The notes beneath the pieces are model-generated. The model did not search any database and had not been told where the DNA came from. It worked only from the letters and a program-made list of their open reading frames with translations. A stretch of 64,000 bases of DNA from Hydrolagus colliei (lineage: Eukaryota), in assembly GCA_035084275.1 (NCBI GenBank), contig CM068756.1:8494001-8558000 (forward strand), in the 5' to 3' direction. The position numbers and the translations under genes are program-made. Positions 1 to 12,880 of the stretch are shown here, piece by piece. Every line of letters begins with the position of its first letter. Positions within the stretch are counted from its first letter, which is position 1.

Positions 1-234
1 TTATCTTAGAAAAACACCACCTGTTTGTTAGATTTTATCGTCCACATATGTGGCACAACTTCATAATACAAGCCTCAAGATACATATTTGAAAAGTTGAG
101 GGAAAAGTAATTTTAAATGAGATCCATATAAAGTGTTTCCTAATATTCTTTCATACGTCAAAAATACCAAATTTGGGAAACTTGACAAACAGCTCAGGTG
201 GTTCTAACCCAGGCCAGTGAATTATAGCAAACGA

Positions 235-380
235 TAAGAACATAAGAACATAAGAATTGGGAACAGGAATAGGCCATTTGGCTGCTCGAGCCTGCCCTGC
301 CATTCGATAAGATATTGGATGATCTTCTAACCTAACTCTAATTACCTGCCCTATCCCCATATCCCCTAATCCCTCTATTT
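235..380 (-). mobile_element. CR1 LINE 3' end
   Basis: (ATAAGAAC)n terminal repeat, then aggaataggccatttggctgctcgagcctg and ccccatatcccct, typical of CR1 3' UTRs in reverse. Confidence 0.75.
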
Positions 381-822
381 TTAAAAAAGGGTTGGTTAAA
401 TCCGTTAAATCCGTGGCCCTGTGGTGAATTAAGGACTGACACAAATGTTGTACAATTGATCAAGGTTTACTAATTCAGATTAGTACTTATAAGTAATTTA
501 AATAATATATTACAATAATGCTTACATATCGATGTACAACAACAACAATTTGCATTTATATAGCGCCCTCCATGCCAGACAGCATCTCAAAGCGCTTCAC
601 AAAAGCTGGGGCTGAGCTAGGAGGAGGGGGATTTAAGTTGATCAAACCAAATGCTGTGGACGAGATAGAGTAATGTATAATTGAATGTCCATTTTAATAT
701 GTCTATTTTAATGTCCATCCAAATGAATCAAAGTTTTGTTATACATTCCCCAGTTTGATCATCCAAACATAACCCGTTATTATTTTGATGTTAACTATTG
801 TTTAATTTGTAGTCTTGATCTT

Positions 823-985
823 CATAGAATTACATAGAATATACAGCGCAGAAACAGGCCATTCAGCCCAACTGGTCTTTGCCGGCGTTTATGCTCCACA
901 TACGCTTCCTTCTTCCTTTCCTCAGCTGAGCCTATAATAACCTTCGATTCCTTTCTCCCTCGTGTAATGATCCATCTTAAATCTT
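823..985 (-). mobile_element. CR1 LINE 3' end (different subfamily)
   Basis: catagaattacatagaat...cagaaacaggccattcagccc. Confidence 0.7.
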
Positions 986-1856
986 CCTTCTTTAGAAGCT
1001 GGAATATGGTTTGTGACTTCCAATTCTAATTTCTTTTATCCAAATTATTTCTTCTGATTTTATTTTTGAATCAATCTCTGTTAATACTGATTGCCTTTTT
1101 TGCAAGATGGTTCGTTTGTGGGGGGAAAAAAAGAAAAACAGATCTCTCCCATTTTAAAACAGCTGCCGACCATTTTTCATGAGAAAATGACTGATAAGGA
1201 ATGAAAACGGTTTGCTGTTTATAAACAGTCTTTTTTTTCCCATTATTGGCAAAGTATCTCCTGCAAAGCTAGTCACAACCAACTCCCATCGTATCTTATG
1301 AGACTGATTATACGTTTCAAAAATATAAACATCGCAAATATAATTTGAGAAATTATTTAACACCTTAATTTCCCAAATTGTACAAAACTACAGGGTTTGA
1401 AGGCTCCAGTTCTTAGGAAATGTTTCCCATCTGCCAAAGGTAGACAATTAAGATATGGTCTGCGGATTTCTGCAATTCCAATGTGAAACTGATTAATTCT
1501 TTAAGGTCACCCCATGGAAAGACTACCATACAATCCCTATGGTGTAAATTAGTAAGATATATTTCTGGGAAGATAAATATTTTACTTTTTGAACAAATTT
1601 CCAATGCACCAGGCCTGATTAGAAAGAGCTCCATAGAGTTGTGAATATTCCAATTATAATATGCCTGTTGTCCCACCAAACCCAGTGTTATTTACAAAGG
1701 TTTCATGAATGGGAGCCAGATTCGAATCAATGCCATTTAAACCAAAATCCATTCTCAATGTTGAATCAGCACCCGGACATTGGAATCAACGTTAAAGATG
1801 TAGTATAAGTGGGCATTAGAGATATTTTCTCTGCAGCAGAATAGTATACATTGCAG

Positions 1857-2586
1857 TAGGGTCCGTCGATATGGAAATTTTCCGATTTGGATATATCGAC
1901 GGGCTCATATCGAGATATACCGAAATATCGATATTTTCGGGTTTTTTGTACTGCGCATGCGCGCACAGCGCGCACATTCGGGGCCTATCTCCTCAGGAGG
2001 TAAATATCTTTCTCTCTCTGTGTCTCTCACACTCACTCTCTCCATCTCTGTGTTTTTCTGTCTGTGTCTCTGTGTCTCTCTCCTCTCTCACATCCCCCCC
2101 CATCTCTATCTATCTGTATATTATCACATCCACCCTGTCTCTCCCTCCACACCCCCCCCACCCGCCGCCGTTCCTCTCTCCTCCCCCACCCCGCCGCTGT
2201 CCCTCTCTCCCACCACCCACCCCCCGCCGTCTCTCTCTGCACCCCACCCCCACCCCAGCCGTCTCTCTCCCCCATCCCCCCCCAGCCGTCTCTCTCCCCC
2301 CCCCCCCAGCCGTCTCTCTACCCCCCCCCCAGCCCCCACCCCTTGCATACCTGTATATTGTATTCGAGGACTATGAATACAATATGGCGGCTTTGCACCT
2401 CGGTCTGTGCATTGTGTATGGAGATGAGCATTCTGGGTCTTGTAGTTCAGTGTGCACGCATTCCGATTTTTTACCTCGATATATCGACTTTTCGATCTAT
2501 CGATATTTTTGAAATGCCTATATTGGCATATCGATATGAAAATTATATCGGGTTTTAGCGATGTATCGATATATCGCCGGAACCTA
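1857..2586 (+). mobile_element. Non-autonomous hAT DNA transposon (MITE-like), copy 1, 730 bp
   Basis: Imperfect TIRs TAGGGTCCGTCGATAT...ATATCGCCGGAACCTA; 8-bp TSD cattgcag (1849-1856) / cagtgcag (2587-2594); multiple subterminal ATCGATAT motifs; second copy at 44723-45607. Confidence 0.9.
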
Positions 2587-3195
2587 CAGTGCAGTTGAAG
2601 AGGGCAGAATTTTGTTTTGGAAAATAAAAGTTACAAAAAATCCTTTGAAGGTAACGCATCATTATTTCAAATAGAACAGCAACCTGTATGAAGCATTAAT
2701 CCCTCGAGTCTGTGCATTCAAGACTGGTGGATTTCAGTCAAAGATTATCAGAACGATTTTGTTTGTAGACAAAGCATGGAAAGACGTATTAAGGCATGTT
2801 ACTTCCATCATCCTCCGGCAGTCAATACATTTGTACTTGTCCCAACATATTTGTGGCTGCTCTGGATTGGCAGCTCAGAGTTTCTCTTGATCCCTTTGGA
2901 AATTTGACAGTCTCTTAGTTCTACTAATTGAGCATGGCTTACAACATCAAAAACATCATTGTATTATGGTAGTTGTATCCAAAATACATATAGCAGAAGT
3001 ACAAAATGCTAAATGACAAGGATTTCAAAAAACTGTTGTTTCCAAAGGATAACTAAGTAATATTATGTGAGACATCCCCCAGAATGTACTGAGCATTTCT
3101 GTTTTCATCACAGGAAACACAATGATTGCTATCAACAAGTCTATACCATTATGAGTATGTTGTGGTAAATGTTAACAGATTAATCGGAGATTAAT

Positions 3196-3240
3196 CATTA
3201 TAATTATTATAATAGTTATAATATTATAATAATTATAATG
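3196..3240. repeat. AT-rich perfect inverted repeat (19-bp arms, 7-nt spacer)
   Basis: CATTATAATTATTATAATA-gttataa-TATTATAATAATTATAATG. Confidence 0.9.
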
Positions 3241-3504
3241 CATTATAATAATTTACACAAATCAAATGATCGCTCGTGACAGTCATAAATGTCCCGATTT
3301 GCCACTGTCTGCCGCTGAGCTGGTATTATCAGGATAAATATGGATAAAGCAGTATTCTTTACTTTCCATTGTTGACAGGAGATTTGTTATTGCTATAATT
3401 CTGAGATGAACCATCTGCAATAGCAGATATGCAATGTGTTTGGCAACGAGGGTAAAGAGAGAAGAACAATACACTCAACCTGGAATGTGTTCCTTGTAAA
3501 CAGT

Positions 3505-3620
3505 ACATTTTGCCCACAAAATATACAGTCAATCCGCTTTACAGTATATTCTGTGAAGCTCTTTGAGACGTATCAACCACAAAATAAGGGGCTCTATTAA
3601 ATGCAAGGATAATTATTATT
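3505..3620 (+). mobile_element. SINE 3' fragment
   Basis: gcccacaaaatatacagtcaa...ctattaaatgcaaggataattattatt matches the SINE tail. Confidence 0.8.
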
Positions 3621-6600
3621 TGCTATAAAAACTGATAGAAGATTTCTCCTATCTGAGAGAAATTCCAGCTGATCAGGCTAGTCAGTGGTGGGCAACCTTT
3701 TTGGTTTCTTTGACTGAATATTACTTGATTTATGACCACACAATAAATATCATGATGTAGTAGCTACTGGGAACAAAATACTGTGCAGTTGTGCACTTTT
3801 GGCCCGCAGACCATGGATTGATCACCGCTAGATAAACAGAGATTTAATCATGTATATCAGGACATTGACTAACTAGTGCATTACATCATGTCTTTGTAAA
3901 CATGAGGCACACATTATGATCAGAGCTTGAACGAAAGGCTGCAGATCCCTTTGAGATGTATGAATTTTACTAATCTCAATAACTTAGGTGAGAAATCCAA
4001 GAATTCCTATCACCTCCATGATGCCCCCCACATGGTTTGCACTGGAGAGCCACCACCTGACCACATCTCCAACAAAGGCTCTTTTCATTTGCCCCTGCCC
4101 TAAATAGATTTATCAAAGTGCAGAGCACACAATTAAACACATTCATCAAGATGAGGTGGAGCTTTGCATTGATACTCAAATCAAGAATGTTTTTGGAGAT
4201 GTGGCACCATCTATCAGCAGCAATATCCATGTTAAAATCTTCAGCCTACAGTTGCCTAGTTACACGAAACTCGCTCCCTTTATCCCTAATGAGCTATAAG
4301 CCCCTTCCTTTCAATAAGTTGCTCAGTGAATCGTACCAAGCAGTGATTCATCTGATGGGAATCATCTACCAATACTTTATATATGCCAAAGGCTCCAATC
4401 ATTCTCAGGCTCTGGCAGGGACCTATTTGCAATTAGAAGGCTATCAGTTCACCTTCAGGTTAGAAGTCAGAGATCTGCTTAAAGCGTGATAACCCTGTAA
4501 TGTGATCAATTTCTAAAGCAGCCTCTTTCCTTATCAATATTACAATGTTAGTCCACATGGAAAGGAGACAGTTGCAAGAGTTTCACACTTGCAAAAAATC
4601 TGAACACTTTGTGAGAGCATGTATAACTTCAACAAATTAACCTAGTTCATTATAGTATTGTACATAGCTTAAAAAACAGTTAGGAACAGATTCCCAATAC
4701 AACCAAAATTGGCGAGAGAAGTGCAAGGATACTCGTGTAAGTGACTTGCCATGGAGCCTCTGGTATTAGACTCTACACATGTTTGTATTTAGTGGAATCT
4801 GAAAAAAATTGAGCATTCATTGTGTGGCTTCAGTGGCCAATCATTCAATCAATTACATTTGATAAAAAAAACATTCAACTAGTGTTCAGCTCCACTCAAA
4901 ATAAAACAAAATAAAACATGGAAGGCTTCTATTGAAACCACAACATTTTGAATTATTTCAGCGTAATCCACAACATACTTGATAAATAAACAGTGTCATT
5001 ATATTTAATAGGCTGCTTGGTTTATAGACAAAATACTGTTAGGGAAATGAATTGAAGGTGATAGCGCCTTTAAATGTTGTCCCAAATGCAGCAGTTGTCA
5101 TTGTAAAAATGGCACTGTTGAATTATGGTTGTGATTTGCTTTTAAATTGCCACAAAAGCCCTTTTATGAATGCCTTTGCAAACTAAATGTGGTCTGATAA
5201 AGCTCTTGAACAAATTACTTACTTAAATTCCAAATGTAATGTTTCTCATTCTATTGCACTGATTGTAAAACACCATGAAGTAACCAGTAACAAATTAGCC
5301 TCATTAGTAAACTTCTACATTGTTTACAAAAACATTTTCTAGGGTGTTGAAATAATCGGTTGGTAATTCTAGTAATCACTCATTTTGCTTATATCTACCA
5401 ACTTGTACTAGGCCATCCTGATGCTCCTTGATGCTGTTTGGAGGGAGTTAAATATGAATATAGCTGTACAAGGCTAAAAATATGACTCAAATCTCAATCC
5501 TTTCCTTTAAATGGGTAACTCTTGTTTCACGTTAAGTAATTTCCCAAATTTAAATAGAAAAACAGCAAATAAATAGTTCTTATTCTACAACATAATGTAG
5601 GAAAAAACGGAGGGCACTACGGATTAAAACATCTTATTTACAAAAAATTTCTGCAGTTGGGGTCCTATTTTATTCAACAACAGAAAATGTGTAAAATAGT
5701 ATAGAATAGTATTTCAGACCAAAAGGTTGCAGGGTCAGCAGCAACACAGCTCTGAATTACTGAGGGAATGCCTATCTCTGGGATGAGGTGGCCTATATTG
5801 TGCACCATAATTTTAACAATATAAGACATCTTTAGAGGTTGAACACTGTGTAAGTGGTCGAGTGGAGTTCCACTGAACATGGTGTCGCATCAAAAACTTG
5901 CAATTATGGTCAAAATATTATTATCCCTCGTCCATTTCAGAACCGGGAAATTATGCAACATTGGTGCTCTGCGATTTTACGCGACGAAAATAAACCAAAT
6001 CATTGTTAAAGAATGCTTCGAGGATATGGTCTTTGGATAAAAGTTAGGATAATTCTGATCTTGGTAGTACAGCTTTACAATTTTCCAAATAGATGGCGAT
6101 GATTCAGCACAGACTTTACTAAATAAGACCAAATGAAATGCTAAATTAACTACTCAATACAGCTAACTAATCTTTAGGTCAAAGTTTATTTCTGAATAGC
6201 TTTCCAGAGCTCACTATTTGAGTTATAACGAAGAAGGTCATATTTCTTTAAACAATATAGATACAACATATAAATAGGCAATACTGCACCACAGGTGATA
6301 TAATATTCATGTGTTAAGTGTTAATCTCTGTTGTGATTCCATGTACAATGGGGTGGTGCAGTGGGGGGAGGGAGCCAGTATTTAATTGTAGCCACAAACA
6401 GTTTTGTCCAATTAAATGGTGCAGTTGATAGTGTGAGCAAATTTGTTATTCACAGATGTCTAATCCATTTCAGTAATTGCATGCTTCTTGGCCAGATGAG
6501 GCCCCACGAGACAAAGTGAGAGACTTATTTGGGAAAGTAGGTGAACAACAAAGCAACTGCGGAAATGAAAGAGCAAATTGTCTGCATTTCTTGGAACTGG

Positions 6601-7411
6601 TTAATAACCGTCGGTAAACACCACAAAAGGTTGCATCACTTTTTATTATTTGTAAATGTGCTTGGAACCCAGCACCCGTATTAGTTGGTTCCATGGTTAC
6701 TCCAGCTCTCGAAAATGTCAACTGCCTATATTCCTATTTATTAATGTCAGAAGCTCCCAGCTGGTTGCTTTGTGTGCTAGTGACTACTCCTGAATCTTTC
6801 GGTGGGGTAAAATCAAAACCATTTTTGAGATGAAATCCTTGCCAGTAAGAGAATTAGAAAGAAGTGCGAGAAGGATTACATTTATTTATACAGTGCGGGG
6901 AAATGGAGTAGGTGAGAAACAGGGTTTGTGATGTGATACTTAGCACTGGTGATCACATGTCCCGTGTTAAATTGAAATATTAAAATGAGTCCATGCCTCA
7001 AGACTTTGAGTTGCAGTGAGATCACGGTAGATCTCTTCAGTTAAAACATTAAAAATCAAGAAATTAGGCAAAGAAGTTCACTGGTTAGACGTTAGCTGAA
7101 ACAAAGGAAACTTTTGCTCACAAAACACACTGTTACCACATTACACGCTTCTGATTTTCGGTTTTACTGATAAAAGAAAGATAAAACTACTCCCTGTTAC
7201 AAAAAATAAATAAATTCATTGTTTATCCAATAAAGACCGAAAAAACATATTTAAGAGTGATCTCCAAAGTGAGGTTTTCTTTCTCTCTCTCTTTCTCTCT
7301 CTCTCAGCAGTGTTCTGGTGAGCCAAATGGGCATGCATCACTCTCCGTCTCTCCTGCGTGTTCACAGTTACGTCTGCTGAAGTGTTTGGGAGGAGGGAGG
7401 CACAATAAAAA

Positions 7412-7585
7412 TAAAATAATAATAATTTGGTCACTCAATCCTTGACAATTCGTGGGACACCGTTGTGTGTAATTGGCAGCCATATTTTGCCCACAAAATA
7501 TTCACTTTACAGTATATTCTGTGAAGCACTTTGAGACATTTCGAATACGTGATAAGGCGCTATATCAAATGTAGGATTATTATTA
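7412..7585 (+). mobile_element. 5'-truncated SINE copy
   Basis: Core gtgtgtaattggcagcc and tail gataaggcgctatatcaaatgtaggattattatt. Confidence 0.8.
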
Positions 7586-9302
7586 TCTCTCTGTGCCTTC
7601 TCAGTACAGTAGTACAAAAGTCCCCCAAAAAGCAGGATTAATGACCACTAATAATTGGTAAAAAAAAAAACTCCAAAAACCAGAAGCCCAAGTATAAACC
7701 TGTGAAACATTTTGGGACATTCTCCTGATGTGAAACATGCAGAACCAAATACTGTACTGTATAAGGATAATTATTATTATATTTACATGCTCTACTTAAA
7801 CAGTGCAGGTTAATATTCCACAAAAATAGGCACAAGGGAATGCGAAAGAAATACATCATTTTGAAATACTCAGTAAATAAATATCCTGGGTAAGAAGTCT
7901 GTTTTGGTTTCTCACATGTTGGCTCTGCTCACAAAGCAAGTGTTGAAGAACAGCGCAGAATTTATGTTCTGATGGGTAACCTGATTATTATATTATTATG
8001 GATGAAATGCTTGATAATCCTTTCCTCATCATTGCACCATAACAAAGAACAATTATCTTATACCTGAAAAAAAAAGACCTTTGAGATTTCAAAAGCTAAA
8101 AATCTGCTGTTAAAAAGATAGCGCCGCATTCATACTAATTGTATCATACCACTGTAGGTAGCCTTCATTTCCCATAACATTCACAGCCCACCAGCGCATA
8201 ATGAATACATCATTAAGAAACCAGATGGGAATGAACAGGTTTTAAACAGCGATGTTGGTGCTTAATGATTTTTTATAAAATAATCCTACTTGTCAAGGTC
8301 GAAGAACTTAATCTCCAGACACATGTAAAACTTATATTTGTTTAAAGTTTCTGCCCATTTAGAGCTGTTCTTTTGCAGTGGGCAAGTGGTAAGAATTTAT
8401 CCCTGGTGGTGAGGGCTTAGTGCCAGTAATGAACCGTTACATTTATCCCTGCTGTTCTTTCAGTTGTAGTATCATATCCTTTATATACAAGCAAGCAGAG
8501 GAAATGGCTGGGCCAGGAGCAATATGCAGACTGCGTGGAGACACTTTCAATGTTTTTATAAACCTTCCCACACAAAATGCTGTACAGACAAACAGCTCAG
8601 CTTCTTACAACAAACAGGATTGCAGCTGTAAACATAAGGAGAAAGCATTTAGAATTACAGTACAATGTTAAAGTTACCTTTTCATTATCACTGCCGATTA
8701 TAAACAGTTGTGAAAATTAGCCATGGAAATTCTAACCGGCCACGAATTCTATTCTACCAGTGTCGCTGCATCTGTATCATTTTACTACCAGACAGGTACA
8801 ATCATTGGATTACAATCATACCCCCAAGAAACAGAATCCCAACCTTAATCAATTAGAAGAAGATTTATTCTGTCAGCAATTTACAGGCATTGGCTTGCAA
8901 CATTTTACACAAAAGATAATGGGATTAAATTTCCCATGTTTTATAATGTGTTCCTTGTGATAATTATCACAAAAAGCAGGTTACGAAATGCTGCAAATGA
9001 CCCAGTATGTTTCTTCCCTTGCAATGGGTTTTCTGTACCTCGGCATCTGAAACTTTCAGATGGTACCATTTTGGTTTTGCTCGTTGTGACAGCATTGCAG
9101 TAAAGCCTTCAAGTTCTGTGAGAGCCTTTGACAAGTGGTAGCTGTGGGGAAGGAATTGCTTCTTTTTAATATTGTAAGTGCTATGGATTAAATTGCTAAA
9201 TGACTTGCTCACCTTCCTGCTATACGTCCCATGTTACACATAGCAAATCCCCATGGAACACAGAGCATCTTCAAGCATCTTTTCCTTTCCTACTGCTAGA
9301 AT

Positions 9303-9423
9303 TCATTTTGGCCTACAAATAAATATACAGTCAATTCACTTTACGGTACAATCTGTGAAGTGGTTTGAGATGTCTAGAAGACATGAAAAGTGCTACATCA
9401 AATACAAGGAGTATTATTATTAT
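9303..9423 (+). mobile_element. SINE 3' fragment
   Basis: aaatatacagtcaattcactttac...aaaagtgctacatcaaatacaagg. Confidence 0.75.
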
Positions 9424-9639
9424 ATTTCTCAATTGGCTCTAGTTTGGAGCTCAGAATCTGGAGCTCCACAGAACAACAGGAGAGACTGCTAGGCAGTAAG
9501 CAAAGCGCACACACAAAACGTTGACTTGTTTTTTGCTGATATTCTTATTAATCAAAGCCTGATCTGAATCAGTGATGAATTTTAAGATACAATACTTTCT
9601 CTAAACAATACCTTGCAGTTACATAACACCCTCCATGGA

Positions 9640-9830
9640 AAAGCGGGTCATACGTACAGTCGTACGTAGAGTAAGAATTGCAGGTGGGAAAAAGGAGAGA
9701 GAGCAGGCAAGGCAGAGGGATTGGGGGAAAGTGTTCCAGAGTTCCAGGGCATAGTGGCTGAAAGCGCAACCTCTGATGATGGGGCAAAGGGTGCGAGGGA
9801 TGAGGATCCTGTAGGATTTTGATGTGATTG
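9640..9830 (-). mobile_element. Degenerate L2 3' coding remnant
   Basis: gagttccagggcatagtggctgaaagcg, the reverse of the AFS..P..WN motif. Confidence 0.5.
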
Positions 9831-10794
9831 AATAATAAAGGAAAAATTGAACAAACTGTATAAAGATGGAGGCAAATAGTTACACCACCACCAGTATTAG
9901 GTGAAAATGTCATGAAGCTATTACTTAGGAATTGCATTTCTGAGCCTATATGAATGGTTGCCTAGACTTTTACTGGAAACTTTTTGTCACTTTCTAAGGC
10001 TAGATTTACAAAGATACCAGTCCAAAATCCAGTGACAAAATTATCGAAATCATAGAAGAGGCACAAAAATGACGTTAATTTGTATTGCATCCTTTCTCTG
10101 AATGCATGCATCAGCATTCTAACTCATTCTTGCCAGCAACAAATTGTTTTTGAAACCTTTACTTCTCAAATCTAAATTAAGATTTGCTAGTTTACAATTT
10201 TCTTTGAATCGAATCCAAAGATTTGAAAAACAATCCCCTCATTCCACCCCCTCCCACCCCCACCTCAAAATCCCATCAAAAACAGATTGGAAATCAAATA
10301 GTGCATCGCAATTCAAGGTCACCTAGGTCAGGTTCAGTGTCAAACAGTAGGGAGCTTATCTGGTTAAGCAATGAATCTCAACAATGCCAGGAAACAGCAT
10401 TAGACTGCAAGACCCATGTCTTCCTGCCAATCACATCACAATATATTTCACCTTCAGCATTAAACATGGTCTTTTTATTTAGTTACCTAAAGTGCTTAAC
10501 AAAACTATAAATTTCTAGTCCTCAGCAGTAAAATCACTTCATTTGGCTGATTTCCTTGCACTCGGTAAAAGTGAAAAACATGACAGCTTAAGTTTATTAC
10601 TTCCAAGAAGGGCAACAGATAAGGTAGAATTCCTGAACGTCTGACTGGAATTAGAAGCAATCATGTTTGGAGTGCCTACTTGGCTCTTATGCACTTGTTG
10701 ATTTGAGTTGGCAATTCAACAATCTGAATTGGTTCTAATTTTAAGCCCTTCCTAGTACTTTTTCTTCTTTTATCATATCCGACAGTTTCCTGAA

Positions 10795-10990
10795 ATAAAA
10801 TTGGTCATTCGCTTCAGGACTATTTGTGAGATAACCAGTGTGTGGGCTGATTGTTGCATGCAATTTGGCTGACCACGTTCACCTACAAATACACAGTTAC
10901 CACACTTCACAGAAAAACTCTGGGAAGCGCTTTGAGATGTCTCAACTAAATCATAAGGCGCTCTATCAAATCTAAGGATAATTGTCATTA
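10795..10990 (+). mobile_element. Diverged SINE core and tail
   Basis: gcaatttggctg core; aagcgctttgagatgtc...taaggcgctctatcaaat tail. Confidence 0.7.
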
Positions 10991-12524
10991 CTATCAATAT
11001 GTCTATGTCATACGTTATATGTACATTATATTATATGTCAACACCAATATGCCCAGGACACTGAAAATCTGTTGCAGCAGATTACCCTGGCATACACAAA
11101 TAAAAAATTATATTGTATTTGTATGTGCCAATTAGCAATTGCTCCTGTTTAGTGGGCTTTCAAGGACTTATTTGCTGGTGAAGGATCGCTGTTGGAAGTC
11201 AGCAGGATAGCATCCATTCATTGTACCCAGAGTTGGCAGCTGAATGCTGTTAGCTCTACCCAGCTGCCGTAACAGCAAATTCTATAACCACCTAGTTGCA
11301 AAAATCTTAACAGCCCAGATCCAATAGCATGAGCCAAGCATTGGGACATGGCAAGAACAATTAGCGCACAATAGTCCTGTTGACAATTGGCGTGGCGTCT
11401 GCATCTTTCAGGCAAGTGACACGAACAGTTAGCAAGCTCTTGCTTAGAAAAGGGGGGGAAAAAAGTACCAGTCAAACCACTGTCTTTTTAATGGTAAGAT
11501 GAATGACAAGACTTGAAAGCTTCATATAGGAATCAGACGTGAACAGTTCAAAACATTCTGAACTGTGATGGGCTCCTATGCCCTGGCCTATCTTTTACCC
11601 CCCTATAGAATAAGACAACAGAACTCCCACTAATCCTGTATTGAACAATTGAATCCATGTGGGAATTTAAGCTGTTAAGTTATGTGGGAGCCAAAAGCGT
11701 GAGAAATCTGAATCTTGATTGTATTTCACCCGCCTAATAATACTTTTAACCGTATCGAGATATCTTAAAACTTTGTAGCAAGTTCATCTCAGAAGCTGTC
11801 ACATGATATATATCCTGAGAAACAAGCCTGCGGTGCACAAGGAGACAAATGTTGTTGTGATTTACTGCAAAGACTCCATTTATAACCCACAAGATACTTT
11901 ATCAAAGCCATTGAACCATTATGCGAAAGAAAAAGTCCAATATTATATAGACAACCTGAACATATGCAGGTAGGATTTCTGTTCTTAAATGTTGGCAATG
12001 CTTAGCAGGTTGTTTGGATTTTAAGAAGATGGGTTAACAGTTCAAGTGTGAGCCTCTCATTAGAACACACTTGTTATCATATTCTAAATATTAACCTATT
12101 TGTTCTTTCAGATGTTGTTCGACAGCTTGTACATTTGCAACATAGTACTATTTCATTCTCTGTTCTACCGTGGACTTTTCTTTTTATCCCATTATTAATT
12201 TCAACTTTCTCCAATGTACATACAAATGCTCTGGTCCCACTAGACAGTAATATCAATATTTTACCTCAGTTCATTTTTTAAATTGAGTTCAGTCTGCCTG
12301 CAGAGTTTTCCAAGGCGATATGGTTCATGTTGCTATAATATAATGCCACCATTCCCTGCCTTGTTTGATTGTTTGGTGGACAAACTCCCTACCAGAAAAT
12401 GTCACTGTATGGTCTCCTGCAAAACGCATAAGAACTTGCTTGGGACATCCTCAACAAACAGTTTTGCAATGTTGGCAAGGAGTCATTTTCTCCACTGCAC
12501 TGCCCAGCTGCCAGGTAGCCTGGA

Positions 12525-12880
12525 TGTCAACACTCGCATATATAAATGGTCAAAGCATTCAGAATAAAGTTGGGGAACTAGAGTCACTAATTAAAATTGA
12601 AAGATAAAATGTCATACATTTGACAGAAAGTTGGCTTCCTTCAGACAAGGAAGGATCTGAAAACCAGATACAGAATTTTCAAGACAGATTAAATAGGAGC
12701 AAAAGGAGAAGTAGTGGGTTTATTAATTAAGGATAAGATCAGAGGAATAGTAAGGAAGGCAGTATAGAAGATGAAGTTCAGGAAGAGTCCACTCGGATCA
12801 AGTTTAGAAGCATTTAAAAAGATTTTCAATACTAATAGAGTTGTAAATCATGAAACACTTTAATCTTTGCAGGGTTGACT
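12525..12880 (+). mobile_element. Degenerate CR1 ORF2 endonuclease fragment
   Basis: YINGQSIQNKVGELESLI followed by ..LTESWL, an APE-endonuclease N-terminal pattern, with stops. Confidence 0.6.

Noticed and set aside
1871-2558. Pro-rich and Gly-rich ORFs (also 44696-45480)
   Set aside because: They arise from the stop-poor minisatellite inside the hAT element; no transposase motifs.
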